Below, one piece after another: positions 1 through 11,324 of a stretch of 64,000 nucleotides of DNA (position 1 is its first letter; each line of letters starts with the position of its first letter). The translations under genes and the position numbers were made by a program. The stretch is from Adineta vaga. Taxonomy: Eukaryota; Animalia; Rotifera. The notes under the pieces are model-generated. The model saw only the letters and a list, made by a program, of their open reading frames with translations. It was not told the origin of the DNA and ran no database searches. The stretch spans positions 10,912,001 to 10,976,000 of the forward strand of contig CP075493.1 in assembly GCA_021613535.1 (NCBI GenBank), in the 5' to 3' direction.

Positions 1-499
1 CCATCGCCAGGGTGTTATCTGAAGGGACCGTGCGATAAAAGGCAGGGTATGTCTGTCGGTCGGACAGGTCAGAGTCAGTTGCCGAGTAGGAGACGACAGG
101 AATGCCAATGGTGGCGGCAAATGCAGCAATTTGGTGTGCTTCTCTCGAGAACGTGGGTCCGACGATGCCCATGGTATTCGATGACGACACAGCTTGACAG
201 GTGGCGGCCAGAGCGCTGATGACGTTGCCGTCGGTATGGGCGGCTTGCCACCCTATTGATTGACCCTGAATAGTGATGTTGTATTGCTGAGCGAGGAGCA
301 TAGCAGCTTTGAACATGGCACGCGAATGATCAGAGAAGTCGCTGGTTTGTGAGGCGTTTTCGGCATGCTCGAAGAGACCGAGAAGCTGAATAACGGAAGG
401 ACTCGACGATGGCCACGTGAGCGAGACATTTGTCAAATTAATCAGTAGCAATAGTATACGCAATAGGAGGCATCGAAAGTTCCACCAAGATATGCCCAT
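1..499 (-). CDS. 5' part of a receptor with an ANF-receptor/periplasmic-binding type 1 ligand-binding domain (iGluR N-terminal domain or class C GPCR-like); runs off the window
   Basis: Not in the ORF track. Manual translation from ATG 499: MGISWWNFRCLLLRILLLLINL (signal peptide)...IQLLGLF...GIVGPTFSREAHQIAAFAATIGIPVVSYSATDSDLSDRQTYPAFYRTVPSD, the typical ANF-receptor motif set. The frame stays open to base 1. Confidence 0.85.
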   Translation of the reverse strand, partial: MGISWWNFRCLLLRILLLLINLTNVSLTWPSSSPSVIQLLGLFEHAENASQTSDFSDHSRAMFKAAMLLAQQYNITIQGQSIGWQAAHTDGNVISALAATCQAVSSSNTMGIVGPTFSREAHQIAAFAATIGIPVVSYSATDSDLSDRQTYPAFYRTVPSDNTLAM

Positions 500-1390
500 T
501 GCCTAAGATCTACTCTTTCGTTACGATATCTACAACAAACGGTAATTAGACCTGATGTTTCTCATCCATTTCATATCGTATTTTGAATGCACGATGCAAC
601 AGGAAAGAAGCTGATTTTTCGGAAGAAAAACGTATCGGTTGGATAATTCACTCACTCTTAGAAAATTGACACTCAACCTCTTTAGTACTCACAGCGAAAA
701 GTTCAAGGTCCTACTTCATGATAAAAAAGGTGTTCCAAAAAGATATTTTCCAACTTTTAAATAGTGCTGGTCGCAGATAAAATCTTTCGTGAGTCAGTTT
801 TTTCATTGCGAATAATGGTGAACGACTACCGTTGTGAGACAGGGTAAGATGAGTAAAGAGAGTGTAAAAGCAAGAAAACTGGAAAGCTGTTAGAGAACAA
901 CAATAAAAAAAACAAGCACTCGGCAAGCAGGCATAGCAATGGGTAAATGGAAGAGAAACTAACAAAGAAACAAGGAGGCGACTGCAGCAGCTTGGAAGAA
1001 TATGGAAAAAGATGAAAATACTAAAGAGAAGAAAATGTTATCAACTGAGAATAAATGAAACCATCAACTTCCGGAAGTCAATCTTAGAATATAAAAAAGC
1101 AATTAACAAAAATGAATAATTAAAAAGAAAGAAATGATTACTGACTACAAGATCTTATAAGCAAAGCAATTAATACGCACGTCACATTTGTGATTCATCC
1201 AAAGTCATGACTTTTTTGTTTGTTTTATCGAAAACTCTATTGAATATATAAGAGTCTTATGTGTAGTGTATCATTTTTCTTAGGCGGAACAGTTATAGTT
1301 TTCGTTCGGGAGGTAGACACTTATTTATCAAGGATAATACTCGAAGGCTTCGTTACTGTATGTTCGTGAAAGAGCAATTGTTGCAACATC

Positions 1391-1413
1391 TTGAGGGTGT
1401 GGGTGTGGGTGGG
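1391..1413 (+). repeat. Interstitial telomere-like hexamers TGAGGG-TGTGGG-TGTGGG-TGGG
   Basis: Seen directly. The 21-mer TTGAGGGTGTGGGTGTGGGTG recurs at 29822-29842. Confidence 0.6.
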
Positions 1414-1569
1414 TATTAGTCGAAGATGACACTCACACCTATCTGACGATGATTTTATTCGCAAAGTCCAAATTCAAAGTTTCCTAGGTTTCGTCATGTT
1501 CAGAACGCATGATTATAATAAAGAAATGGCACATTTGAAAAGTACGCTGTCAATTTCACGGCAATCGTT

Positions 1570-1990
1570 GTCAGATGATAGTATTCGTCTAGCATTAGTT
1601 TGGAAAAATATAGGTAGAGTGTATGGATGATACAGTAACAGCGCACCGCAATGTTGGTTGGATACATACTTCGATGGGAAATCATTCAATTGCACTTTTA
1701 CACGTTCTGAATGCACTCGAAATAAATGAAAAATTATTCGCAGGAAACCAGTTTGATCTTGCTATGATTTATCGAGAAAATGCAGTACTACATATGCAAA
1801 AGATACTGATCATACGAGCAGAAACCGTTTCACTAGACAATTTATATGACTGCAATCTTCATTTGATGATAGCAATGCGTTGTAATGAACTTTATCGTTA
1901 CGAAGAAGCCATACAACATAGAAAGCAATAGGCATCGGCTGTCATATCTTCGAACCGTCTAATCATTACTAGGGAATTCTTAATAAGTTT
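1570..1990 (+). pseudogene. Degenerate TPR-protein fragment
   Basis: TPR-like helices (LALVWKNIGRVY; AHRNVGWIHTSMGNHSIALLHVLNALEI; YRYEEAIQH) broken by a frame change and a stop. Confidence 0.5.
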
Positions 1991-2470
1991 CTCGAAACGC
2001 TATTGTACAAGAAGCAACGATAATCATCCTTATTTAATTATATATCTATCTCTTTAGTTTATCGAGCAACGTAAAATTTCATTCTGAGAGCGACTATAAT
2101 ACAGATTATGTAGGAAATAGACAAATGATATTATGTTTCACCATTCTACTGCTAGCACTTTGTTTTTTATTCTTGTAATTAATAGAGCTACAGATAGACA
2201 AAAGATAACTAAGTTTAACTATACATACATTAAAGCTATTACTATTAAATAGACATAATAAGACATATTTGGTATTAGATATCCTTATAGCCAATAGAAA
2301 GATAAACTGTCATATGAGATAAATTCAACGTGTCCTTGGTGATTGTTGTGTTGTGTTTATTTTTTTATCTCATGACGCAAGAAGAAGATGACATCATCAC
2401 GACATATGTTAGTATTAAATCAAGAGAGAATCGAGTGAACTAGTGCATAGTTTTTCTCAGTTGAAAAACG

Positions 2471-3294
2471 ATGAATAATTTTATTAGTCCTAAATCAATT
2501 TATGTGCCTTCAGTACATAGTAAGGATCTATAGTTATATTGTCTATAAACTTAATTTGAATTTTTTTAGCTGAATGCTGTAAGATAGAATTTGCTTCAAA
2601 TTATCCAAACGATTTGGATGGTATTATCAGTCAAAATCAATTTCTAGAATCCATTAATAGAATAAATCGGCGAATTTCTTCAACGAAATTTGTTGTCATG
2701 TTTGTTCTCGCTTTTGCTTTAAGTATTATTGGTGCAATCATATGTTTTATTGTTGGTTTAAGCATGTCAACTGACTCTGGTGGATTTGTATTCATTGGTT
2801 TGGCAATTGCTTTGTTTCTTTTTGGAATTATTTTTAATTTTGTTGGATGTTTTGTTATGCATCGGGGACATGTAGAACGAATACGAAAAGTGATTAAAAA
2901 GGAATCAGACAAATACTCATCACACTTACCCGTTTCATGTACTTGGCGATTAAATACAACAACAGAATATGCTGAAGGAATTGGAAATTATCAGAACTGC
3001 CAGGTAATATCATTTCATTCATAGTATGATTGTTAAATAGATACACTGATTTAGCTAATCATTGATATCCATGACACGACAACTTCTTCGACTGAAAGTA
3101 GAATGAACGATGCAAATCAAATGATTAATGAATCAACATCTATTCTTAAACGTCATGATGACAGTGCACCTCCACCTTATTCTAGTTTATCAATGAAATT
3201 TTGTTCGCAATGTGGTACATTACGACAAAGTTCTGCAGCTAATTTTTGTTCTTCATGTGGAAATTCCTTTGTAAATATGAAAATATCTATTTGA
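2471..3294 (+). CDS. ERF4/Golgin-A7-like 2-TM protein with a PPxY motif and C-terminal zinc ribbon (3 exons)
   Basis: Introns 2520-2569 and 3004-3054 splice in frame. Motifs: FASNYPNDLDGIISQNQFLESINRIN, two hydrophobic helices, PPPY, and FCSQCG...FCSSCG. Confidence 0.7.
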
Positions 3295-3485
3295 AACTAA
3301 AGATATTTCTTCGTTTTTTTTACTGTAAAAACGATTCTGAAGTTGTGTGCTAGAAGCTTTTCTTCGATCCATAAGATGAAGTTGGAAGAAAAAAGAAATC
3401 TTTTTTTCAATTCTGCACACGCACTTTCAACTTTCCAACATACATTAAACAGATGCTGAAAAAATACAATTCTATTCAATAAGTA

Positions 3486-5527
3486 ATGGCGAGTGCCGAT
3501 GTTAATACGAAGCCAAAAAGAAAATTTGCATTTATTACTGGCAATGATAATTATAGTCATGAATGCAACAAATTACGACAATCAGTTAACAATGCTAATG
3601 ATCTGAGTAATCTATTAAAGACGTTGAATTTTGATGTTAGTTCCATTATCAATGGTAATCGTGAAAGACTTTCTCAGGCGTTCAAAATGTTGAGTGGATA
3701 TATGAGAGATGGTGATTTAATCTTTTTATATTTTTCTGGTCAGAGTTATCAAGTTAATGGTATCGATCATTTCATACCTACTGATGATGCACAGTTAAAC
3801 TCTGAATCAGACGTAACAAATAATGCTTTGAGTATTCAAGATATCGTGAACTTATTGTCGGAAACTGGTAAACATTATGCAATTATTGTTATACTGGATT
3901 GTTCAAAGATATATCGTTTGGGTGATGCTCGACAATCAAAAGGTAAATATAATTTCCATTCGGAATCTTGTTCAATAATTATTTCGTTATTGTAGAGGCA
4001 CTGAAATCTAGAGGAATTCGTAAAATCAATTTACCTGGTGAAACAATCATTCAGTTTGCCTGTGATTTTGATCAAACTTCAAATGATATCATCAGTAATG
4101 AACGAAACACTTTGTATACGAAAGCTTTGTTACAACATACAACTCGAGAATTTGTTCACGTTAATGATATTTTCAAGAGTATCGAAAATGATGTCTATCA
4201 GCAAAGTAATCGTCAACAACGGCCAGTGTCTGTCAATCGATTATCAGAAGGTTTACAAGTCTTTTTGAACTATGGAATACGTAAGTCAACTGAAGAACAT
4301 TTACTTTTATTTGTATTCTCTATTACTTCAGAAGTACCAAAATTACGTATTGAAGAATTCATATCGCAAACACCGTTATCACACGAAGAGAAAGCTTATT
4401 TTAGCGAGTGTAAAGAATATTACAATTTGACGAAACAACCGTTGGTTTCTATTTCTGATGAAGTACTTTCTAGCGACAGTTCCTGTTTACAGACAACACT
4501 TAAATTAGCAATCGATGTAGACTGTCATCAATTAGAATTAGAAGTCTTCTTTAATCAGTTTTGTAAGAAAATTGGTCTGCCACGAGACTATTTAACATTG
4601 AAACGAGTACAAAAAGGATCAGCTATTCTCGAAGCAGAAATTGCTGACAAATCAGAACCAAAAAGCTTCAAAGCCAAAATAAAAGTGATCTGCCGTTCTT
4701 TCACAGAAAAGTTGCGCCAAGAACTAGCTAAAATCAAAATCTTTTTCCTATACATGGGTTCAGTGGAATCTCTAGGAAAAGTTCAAAAGTTTCGTTCAGA
4801 AATCAAATTGAATCCAAAGTACAATCGTATCTATGTAAAAGGACATAATTACTGGGAGGGTCCGACGCCTGATCATTTAGATCGTGGTGGCAATCCATAT
4901 TTTTGTCCAGTCGGATGGAAACGATGGTCTTTTTATGTAACAAAAAATTTTTATGAAAGATTCAAAGGATGGTCTATCTGTTATCATGGCACAAAGTTTT
5001 CGTATGGTTTAGCAATATTACTCAGCGGTTTGAAACCTGCGAAAAATGCAGAACATGGACAAGGAATCTATACAACTTCATCTATTAACTATGCATGTCA
5101 TCCACGATATGCTGAAGTGAAACTAATCGAATCATCGACAAATAGTACTTTTTTCAAAAATGGTAAATACGTTCAATTCGTTCTTGAATGTCGTGTTCAT
5201 CCAGATAATATAATTATCAAAGAACGTGAAACATTGGATGCATCAAAAACTATTATTGATAAGAATATTAGTAATGATGTTATCGAATGGCTGATCAATA
5301 ATCAAGGTAAAGATATCGTTGATTTTAATGATCCAAATGCTTCCATTGTTTGTACTGGAATTATGGTTCGAGTGACGGATAATCATCCTGGTCTTCTATC
5401 TCAATCACAATGGTGGCATCATGCACATTTATGTGATAGAAGTTACTGTTGTTTATTAGATATCGATACAAAAACTTTAAAACGACTGAATGAAAGTGGT
5501 AGTCAATGTAATATTATCTATGACTGA
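3486..5527 (+). CDS. Inactive caspase-like (peptidase C14) domain + SEA-like segment + NEURL4/PARP-like ADP-ribosyltransferase domain
   Basis: Intron 3943-3995 joins the two ORFs in frame; a second in-frame intron is likely at 4281-4331. C14 motifs: KFAFITGNDNY, VNNANDL, LYFSGQS, ILDCSK, IIQFAC, LYTKALLQH, QRP. ART motifs: RGGNPYFCPVGWKR, YHGT, GIYTTSSINYA, QFVLECRV, IEW. Confidence 0.85.
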
Positions 5528-6091
5528 GCTTATTCGTGATAATATTCAAGAAAAGAATTCTTTTTTCTAATTATAATAATATAGTTTATTGGACCTATGA
5601 GTATTTCCAAAAAAATTCTTTTTCTTTGATCGAGTTCAAAAATGCATGCAGTTTAGTATTACCGATTTTGGCAATGATCATTTCTCATAAGAGATTATAC
5701 ATTCACAGCTCGATCTGCCACTTTTTTTTATTGTTATTGCGAATCCTGTAATTATTTTTCAAAAAATTGCAACAAAATCAAAGTGTTTTGAGAATGAGAG
5801 TGTACGACCAGAAAGTGTGTATTTTTAAAGAAAAAGTACGCATGTATATCCAACATTGAAAAAAAAGAAGAGAATAGAAAGACTGTTAGCTTCCATCGCA
5901 TTCTTTCAATGATCCAGGAGAAAAAGGAACACGTTTGTTGTTGCTATTTGAGTTTGTTTTAAATATTAACAGAATTTATACAGAAAGCAGACAAAAGAGA
6001 ATTTGTTTTCGTCTATTTATACAAGATAAAAATAAACGAAGGTAAAATAGTTACGAAATCATTTGTACAAAATTCTAACATTCTCTACAAA

Positions 6092-7495
6092 ATGTTCGAA
6101 CAATCCGATTTCTTGGAAGAACAGGCACCGATCCTCGAGGAAGAAGAAGAAGATGCAGATACGATCCAAATGCCTGTAAAACCAGATGATCTCAGTTTTT
6201 CTTGGTTTTTACTTAAAGTCGTAGAAGAAGGCCGAAAATTTTGTCAACTAGATAATATATCTGTCAAACGAAAGGATCTTTCTTATCATGCGCATCTTCT
6301 ACTGGCATTCATTATATTTCTTGTTGCGATGATTATTGGGAGTGTTCATTTAAATGGTTGTTCCAACGAACGAATGATCTGTATTTTTTTAATTGTTCAA
6401 GGTGTATGTGGTCTCTGCATAGTTTTCGTTCATACTGCCGAAGCTTTCGTTAAGTTAGTATTTCTATATGATAGTAAAAGAAAAATCTATATACGTATCT
6501 CTTCAGCTGCAATACAATTTGTCCTTTTCGATTCAATACAAATGTTGTCAAGTGTATCTTTGCTTTTACTTACTGTCTTGTGATATTTTCGATTATTTGG
6601 TTTATGTTTGGTCACATCTGGATGTTTCGAAAAATAAATGTATCAGACAATGGACAATTCTGTAAGACGAGTACATCCAAAGTTACTATTATGATATTAC
6701 TCTATGAATATCTTATTGGAATTTGGTACATGGGTTCTCGCATATGGAATAATCTATTCATTTTAAATTCGCTTCAAAATTTTATACAGCACCGACTTCG
6801 TAAGTTTATTTTCATAATACATACATATGAATATTTTCTTTCATAGATCAACTACGTCCATCGATTGTATTGGAAATCGCTGATACGTCAAATGATGAAC
6901 TTGATGAAATTTCAATTGTAAGAGAACCTACACGATATGAAGAACACGGAAGTGGTATACAGTTTGCACAAATAAGAACAACATATATTCTATATATTGT
7001 AATTGGATTAGTTCTATGTGGTATAATTATAATTTTGATGATAACATCGAGTAAGAACAGAGATTTATTTAAAAATGTGGAATACGAATATTTCTATTCT
7101 TATCAGTTTCACCTGCCGTTGTACTTCCCTCACAATGTTCTACTTATACCACAATCACAGATTCTACACGTCGCGTAACTTATACATCCTGTTGTCAAAA
7201 TGATTACAGTCAGGCAACTGGATGGTATCGTTTCATGGATGGTGCCGGTACACAACTTGTCACAACACCATTGTCTCAAAACAACATCTGCAGTGCTACC
7301 TATCCTGGTTGGTGGAATGGATCTTTACCAGGGATCGTTGGTTCCAGTAACGTAGGAAATATTTGTTTTTCTAGCAGTGGTTCCTCTTGTGCGGACAAAA
7401 TATCCTCGATCATCGCGACGAACTGTGGTGATTATTATGTATTCTATTTAGTACAAATAGCATGCTGTTCATCGTATCGTTATTGCACAACATAA
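6092..7495 (+). CDS. Multi-pass membrane protein: TMEM272-like N-terminal half fused to a TM helix and a uromodulin/GP2-type D8C domain (4 exons)
   Basis: Introns 6454-6506, 6800-6846 and 7051-7106 all splice in frame. TMEM272-like motifs: AMIIGSVHLNGC..E..I.IFLIVQG and IWFMFGHIWMF. D8C motifs: GWYRFMDGAGTQL, C.ATYPGWWNG, NCGDYYVFYL, RYC. Confidence 0.72.
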
Positions 7496-7949
7496 TTTAA
7501 ACTTATACCATCTTGAACTTAAGTGTGTTAGCTATATACTACAGTAGTTTTCTGTTGCTTGATATTCTTTTTAAAATCTGGTGTGCGAGTATGATTATGA
7601 ATTTTAGTAGTCTTTTTTAAACCATACACCTACCATCAAAATTCAGAAGGCAGGATTAATAATTTCATCTGTATTGTAGCTGAAAAAGTCAACTCGATTT
7701 TAAATGCCACAGTATTCATACTTATTCACTTAAAGTGTGTAGTTTCGATTCATTAAACGTAATTTTTATTGACGTCTATACAAGGAATAAAATATTGTTA
7801 CTTTATTCGCATTGCCATATACAATTTGTATGCTTTGCAGTTATCATCATAAAAGATCAACTCATATTTCGGTTTTCCGTAAAATAAAGTACAAAGGTCA
7901 ATGGCTACTTGAAAAACAATCTATTCATCGGCCGTACCCTACACAGTAT

Positions 7950-8570
7950 ACTTCATGAATGGGTGGATAAACATGTACATCAAGTAAAATAAGTTTGTAC
8001 TTTTTATCCGATCATCTATACTTCTCCAGGTATATATAAAATAGCGAAATAAGTTGCGATTGCATTTTTAAAGTATTCATTCAGTTTCAAGTACAGATCC
8101 GAATGTTGCATTTCGACAACAAGCTCTTGATCAGCATAACTAACATCGTCGACTTCATTGTACCGGTCTCAATTCATCTCTTAATACTTCATCTCAAAAT
8201 TAAGCGAATTATTTAGCAGCTAATAAGCTTTTTCAACATAGTGGTGCGTTAGGATTGGGTGAAAATATTTGGTATAAATGGTAAGATTTACTACACTACA
8301 TTCGTTGAAACAAAGCAACAAGTATTTTGTTTTCAAATATTCACTCGGTTCATTGTCAACCATGAGTTGATGCAATGAAACTTATTTATCCAATTATAAC
8401 TCACCCAGTCATTTTACAGAGGCAATTTGGAAAAGTTCCTCTCAGATAGACATTGATTTTACCTTTATAAGCGATAACATGTATGGTTATGTTGTTGCAA
8501 ATTATTATTCTGCAAGACGTGCCCTTCTACTTTACATTTGCTCATCTTCATCGTAAAATATCTCATTAAT
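7950..8570 (-). pseudogene. Heavily decayed ART/TPR-like gene remnant
   Basis: Broken frames resemble rotifer ART-TPR genes (YKG..MSI.EEL, PNIFTQS, then helical repeats), with many stops. Confidence 0.25.
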
Positions 8571-8874
8571 TTCTATATTTGATATCTGAATTTGTTAGTC
8601 AACAAATACTGTTCGATTTCTATGTACATAGTTTGTTCAAAGCGGGAGTGCACGGTGGTGATGCATCTGGTATGTATAATGTCATTATTGGATTCGCTTT
8701 AGTTTATCATATTGATCAACCAAACGAGAAAAAGAATTTTTCTCTGTTCTTACATACCAGAGGCAATGGGTGTTATTGCGAAATTCTGATGCAATACAAT
8801 GACTCAAATATAGCGTGTATATATATACATTTATATTGGAAAGAGAACACGTTAACCATAGAATAAGTACGCAC

Positions 8875-9495
8875 ATGGCAGCGCAAATGATCGTACCTAC
8901 ACATCTTTTTAAATCGCTTCATTTACAAAAGCCTGAAAACTATAACATTTATCTGGTCGGATCTCGTCTATGGGGAACTAATAGTAATACAAGTGATTGG
9001 GACCTTCTAATTGTAGGTGATATTCCGTCAACGCAGCTCACAAGTCTTCATAAAGCTCAATATGATGTCAAACTACTTGATCGACAAGAATTCATACAGA
9101 GAGCAAATAATGGTTCTATCGTCGAAGTTCTATGTGCTCTATTGCGCAAAGAAGATATGCTACAACATGCATTTAACACTGATACTCTCCGTATAGATCA
9201 AGATACTATGAGAATATGGTTGGAAGAACGACGATACAAGGATTTCGAAAAAGCAGAAAAATTTTGGCACAAAGGAAATCGACAAGCAGGTTGGAAAATT
9301 CTTCGACATATTTTACATGCGAAAGCTCTTTACGATTACCTTATTTTCGCTATCCGAGAAAATCGAGTACCAATCGCGATTGAAGATCTACAAACAATTA
9401 TTCGTCCAGCTACTTTACTCTGTGACAAGGGATGGATGCAACTTGATTGGTCGAACGTGCATGAAGCGGTGATTGATACATTGACACATGTGTAG
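8875..9495 (+). CDS. Minimal pol-beta-superfamily nucleotidyltransferase with a C-terminal helical domain, intronless
   Basis: NIYLVGSRLWGTNSNTSDWDLLIV matches the hG[GS]x9-13DhD signature, with a third Asp in YDVKL. The first ATG is at 8875. Confidence 0.8.
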   Translation: MAAQMIVPTHLFKSLHLQKPENYNIYLVGSRLWGTNSNTSDWDLLIVGDIPSTQLTSLHKAQYDVKLLDRQEFIQRANNGSIVEVLCALLRKEDMLQHAFNTDTLRIDQDTMRIWLEERRYKDFEKAEKFWHKGNRQAGWKILRHILHAKALYDYLIFAIRENRVPIAIEDLQTIIRPATLLCDKGWMQLDWSNVHEAVIDTLTHV

Positions 9496-9946
9496 CATGA
9501 TTTGAATTTTATGAATGGTTCTGCGAGATTCTGGGTAATGTGTGATATTCAATGTATGTCTCTTCGCAAAATACATGTTGTACTTTATTTCAATTTGATA
9601 GAACAATTAAATAAATCTCTGCAACGAACAAATCACTTCCATTCAAAAACAGAGTTTATCCACCAACAGCAAGTAGAGAAATATGATATAAACTTCGTAC
9701 TTTGAACTTGAAAAAAAGCTTATTATTTCATGGAAAATACTTTTCATATTCTTTTATTCTCTCTTTAAAATTACTTGTCATAGATACATTTAAATATTGT
9801 TTTCTATTATACTGCCAAACGTAACATCTGTTTAGTAGTCATTGGTTCAATTTATTTTTAATGAAACTGTATCGTCACTTTCACGATGTTAGAATAATTG
9901 TACGGAGATAAAGCGGTTAATAGATAGTCAAGTAGTAGAGAAAAAG

Positions 9947-10879
9947 TTATTTGTGTTCTTGAACTGCTTGCGCGATATGTAGTTGAAGAGAAATAGTAAC
10001 AGTTTTGTCTTCACTTGTATATTCGAAATGACGTGCTGTTACTGAAAGTTTCTTCGTTTCACATAAGTCGAGTAAATCGATTTGATGTGCAATATTAATG
10101 AATCCAAGTGGAATAGGAGGAACACACATTGCAACGTTTCGTAAGCCTATCCCAGCGGGAAGCGAAATATTCAATATGTCGAGTTTGAACATCAATTTAT
10201 TATCGTCGTTGTTTACATATAAACTGCATTCACCATATGCTTCACTTGAATACTCTATTACCTTCTTGAATGTTGCATTACATATGAATTGAAAAACTCC
10301 TGGAGATAAAACAACTTTCATTCGAGATATCTTTACTAAGATTTCGTATTTAGAAAACTGAATTGATTGGATAGCTTTGAATAGCTCGTTAAAGGTATTT
10401 TGATGTACAGTCATTATGATAGATTGATCTATATGCTTTTGTATAGTTGGTACCTCTAGTACTTTTAATACATCACAAATAGCTGAAAGAAGATGACGTT
10501 TTCCAGACACATATTGAGTTTGTGATGTATTAGGCTTTTCTTTGTCTTCATTTTCACTACGGTACACAAATATATTTCGTATTTGAAATGGTAGTCCATC
10601 AAGTGATGGTATTTCTTCCTTGAGTTTCTTCTGTGAATCTCCAGCAATCACAAGAATGACGTTGATTTGTTCGCCAAGATCTCGAATAAAAGCTAGCGCA
10701 CGATCGTATGATTGACATAGTTCTACTTCATGCTGTCCACATACTTTTCTAAGTGATTCTACGCATTTATTAATCGTTTTTGTATTATCACTTGTACCAG
10801 TCACAACGATAAGGATGTTTTGCTTTTCTTTGATTGGTTCTGATAAAGGTTGAACTTTTGATGATGCATCGCAACCCAT
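9947..10879 (-). CDS. Predicted N-acylated protein (MGC..S) with a receiver-like alpha/beta domain and a beta-rich C-terminal domain
   Basis: 310-aa intronless ORF. The N-terminal domain resembles the receiver-like module of rotifer ART/TPR proteins (ESLRKV...AFIRD...VILVIAG...IRNIFVY). Confidence 0.6.
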   Translation of the reverse strand: MGCDASSKVQPLSEPIKEKQNILIVVTGTSDNTKTINKCVESLRKVCGQHEVELCQSYDRALAFIRDLGEQINVILVIAGDSQKKLKEEIPSLDGLPFQIRNIFVYRSENEDKEKPNTSQTQYVSGKRHLLSAICDVLKVLEVPTIQKHIDQSIIMTVHQNTFNELFKAIQSIQFSKYEILVKISRMKVVLSPGVFQFICNATFKKVIEYSSEAYGECSLYVNNDDNKLMFKLDILNISLPAGIGLRNVAMCVPPIPLGFINIAHQIDLLDLCETKKLSVTARHFEYTSEDKTVTISLQLHIAQAVQEHK

Positions 10880-11324
10880 TATTTACGACTAAATACAATT
10901 CAGAAAGATAATCATTAATGATCTAAACATAAGTAAGAAGAAATTTCCCTTTCTAGTTGATTATTCACAACACTGATAATCTATGGAGCATGTCTTGTTC
11001 ACGGTTTATCTACAAACATTCCATAAGAAGAAACGGGACAAATCTGAAGAATTACTTATACAAACAATAAGTTCCACCTTATCGATTTCTTTTCTTTTCT
11101 TTTTACCCAGTCAGGTATATACGGCGTTAAATACAAGTAAAATATACTTTTTGACAATTGTCTTGAGGTCATGTGTGTTGTGCTGAAAAAATTCCAACCT
11201 CAGTTTTATAATTTAATGAGAAATTATTTGCCGATCATAGTGCTCCTATTCATATTTGAAAACTATGCAGTAGATATGAGCAACTTTATTAGCTATAGAA
11301 ATGATCATTTCAGTGAACAATAGT

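Noticed and set aside
711-965. 84-aa minus-strand ORF
   Set aside because: No motif; its composition reflects the A-rich plus strand.
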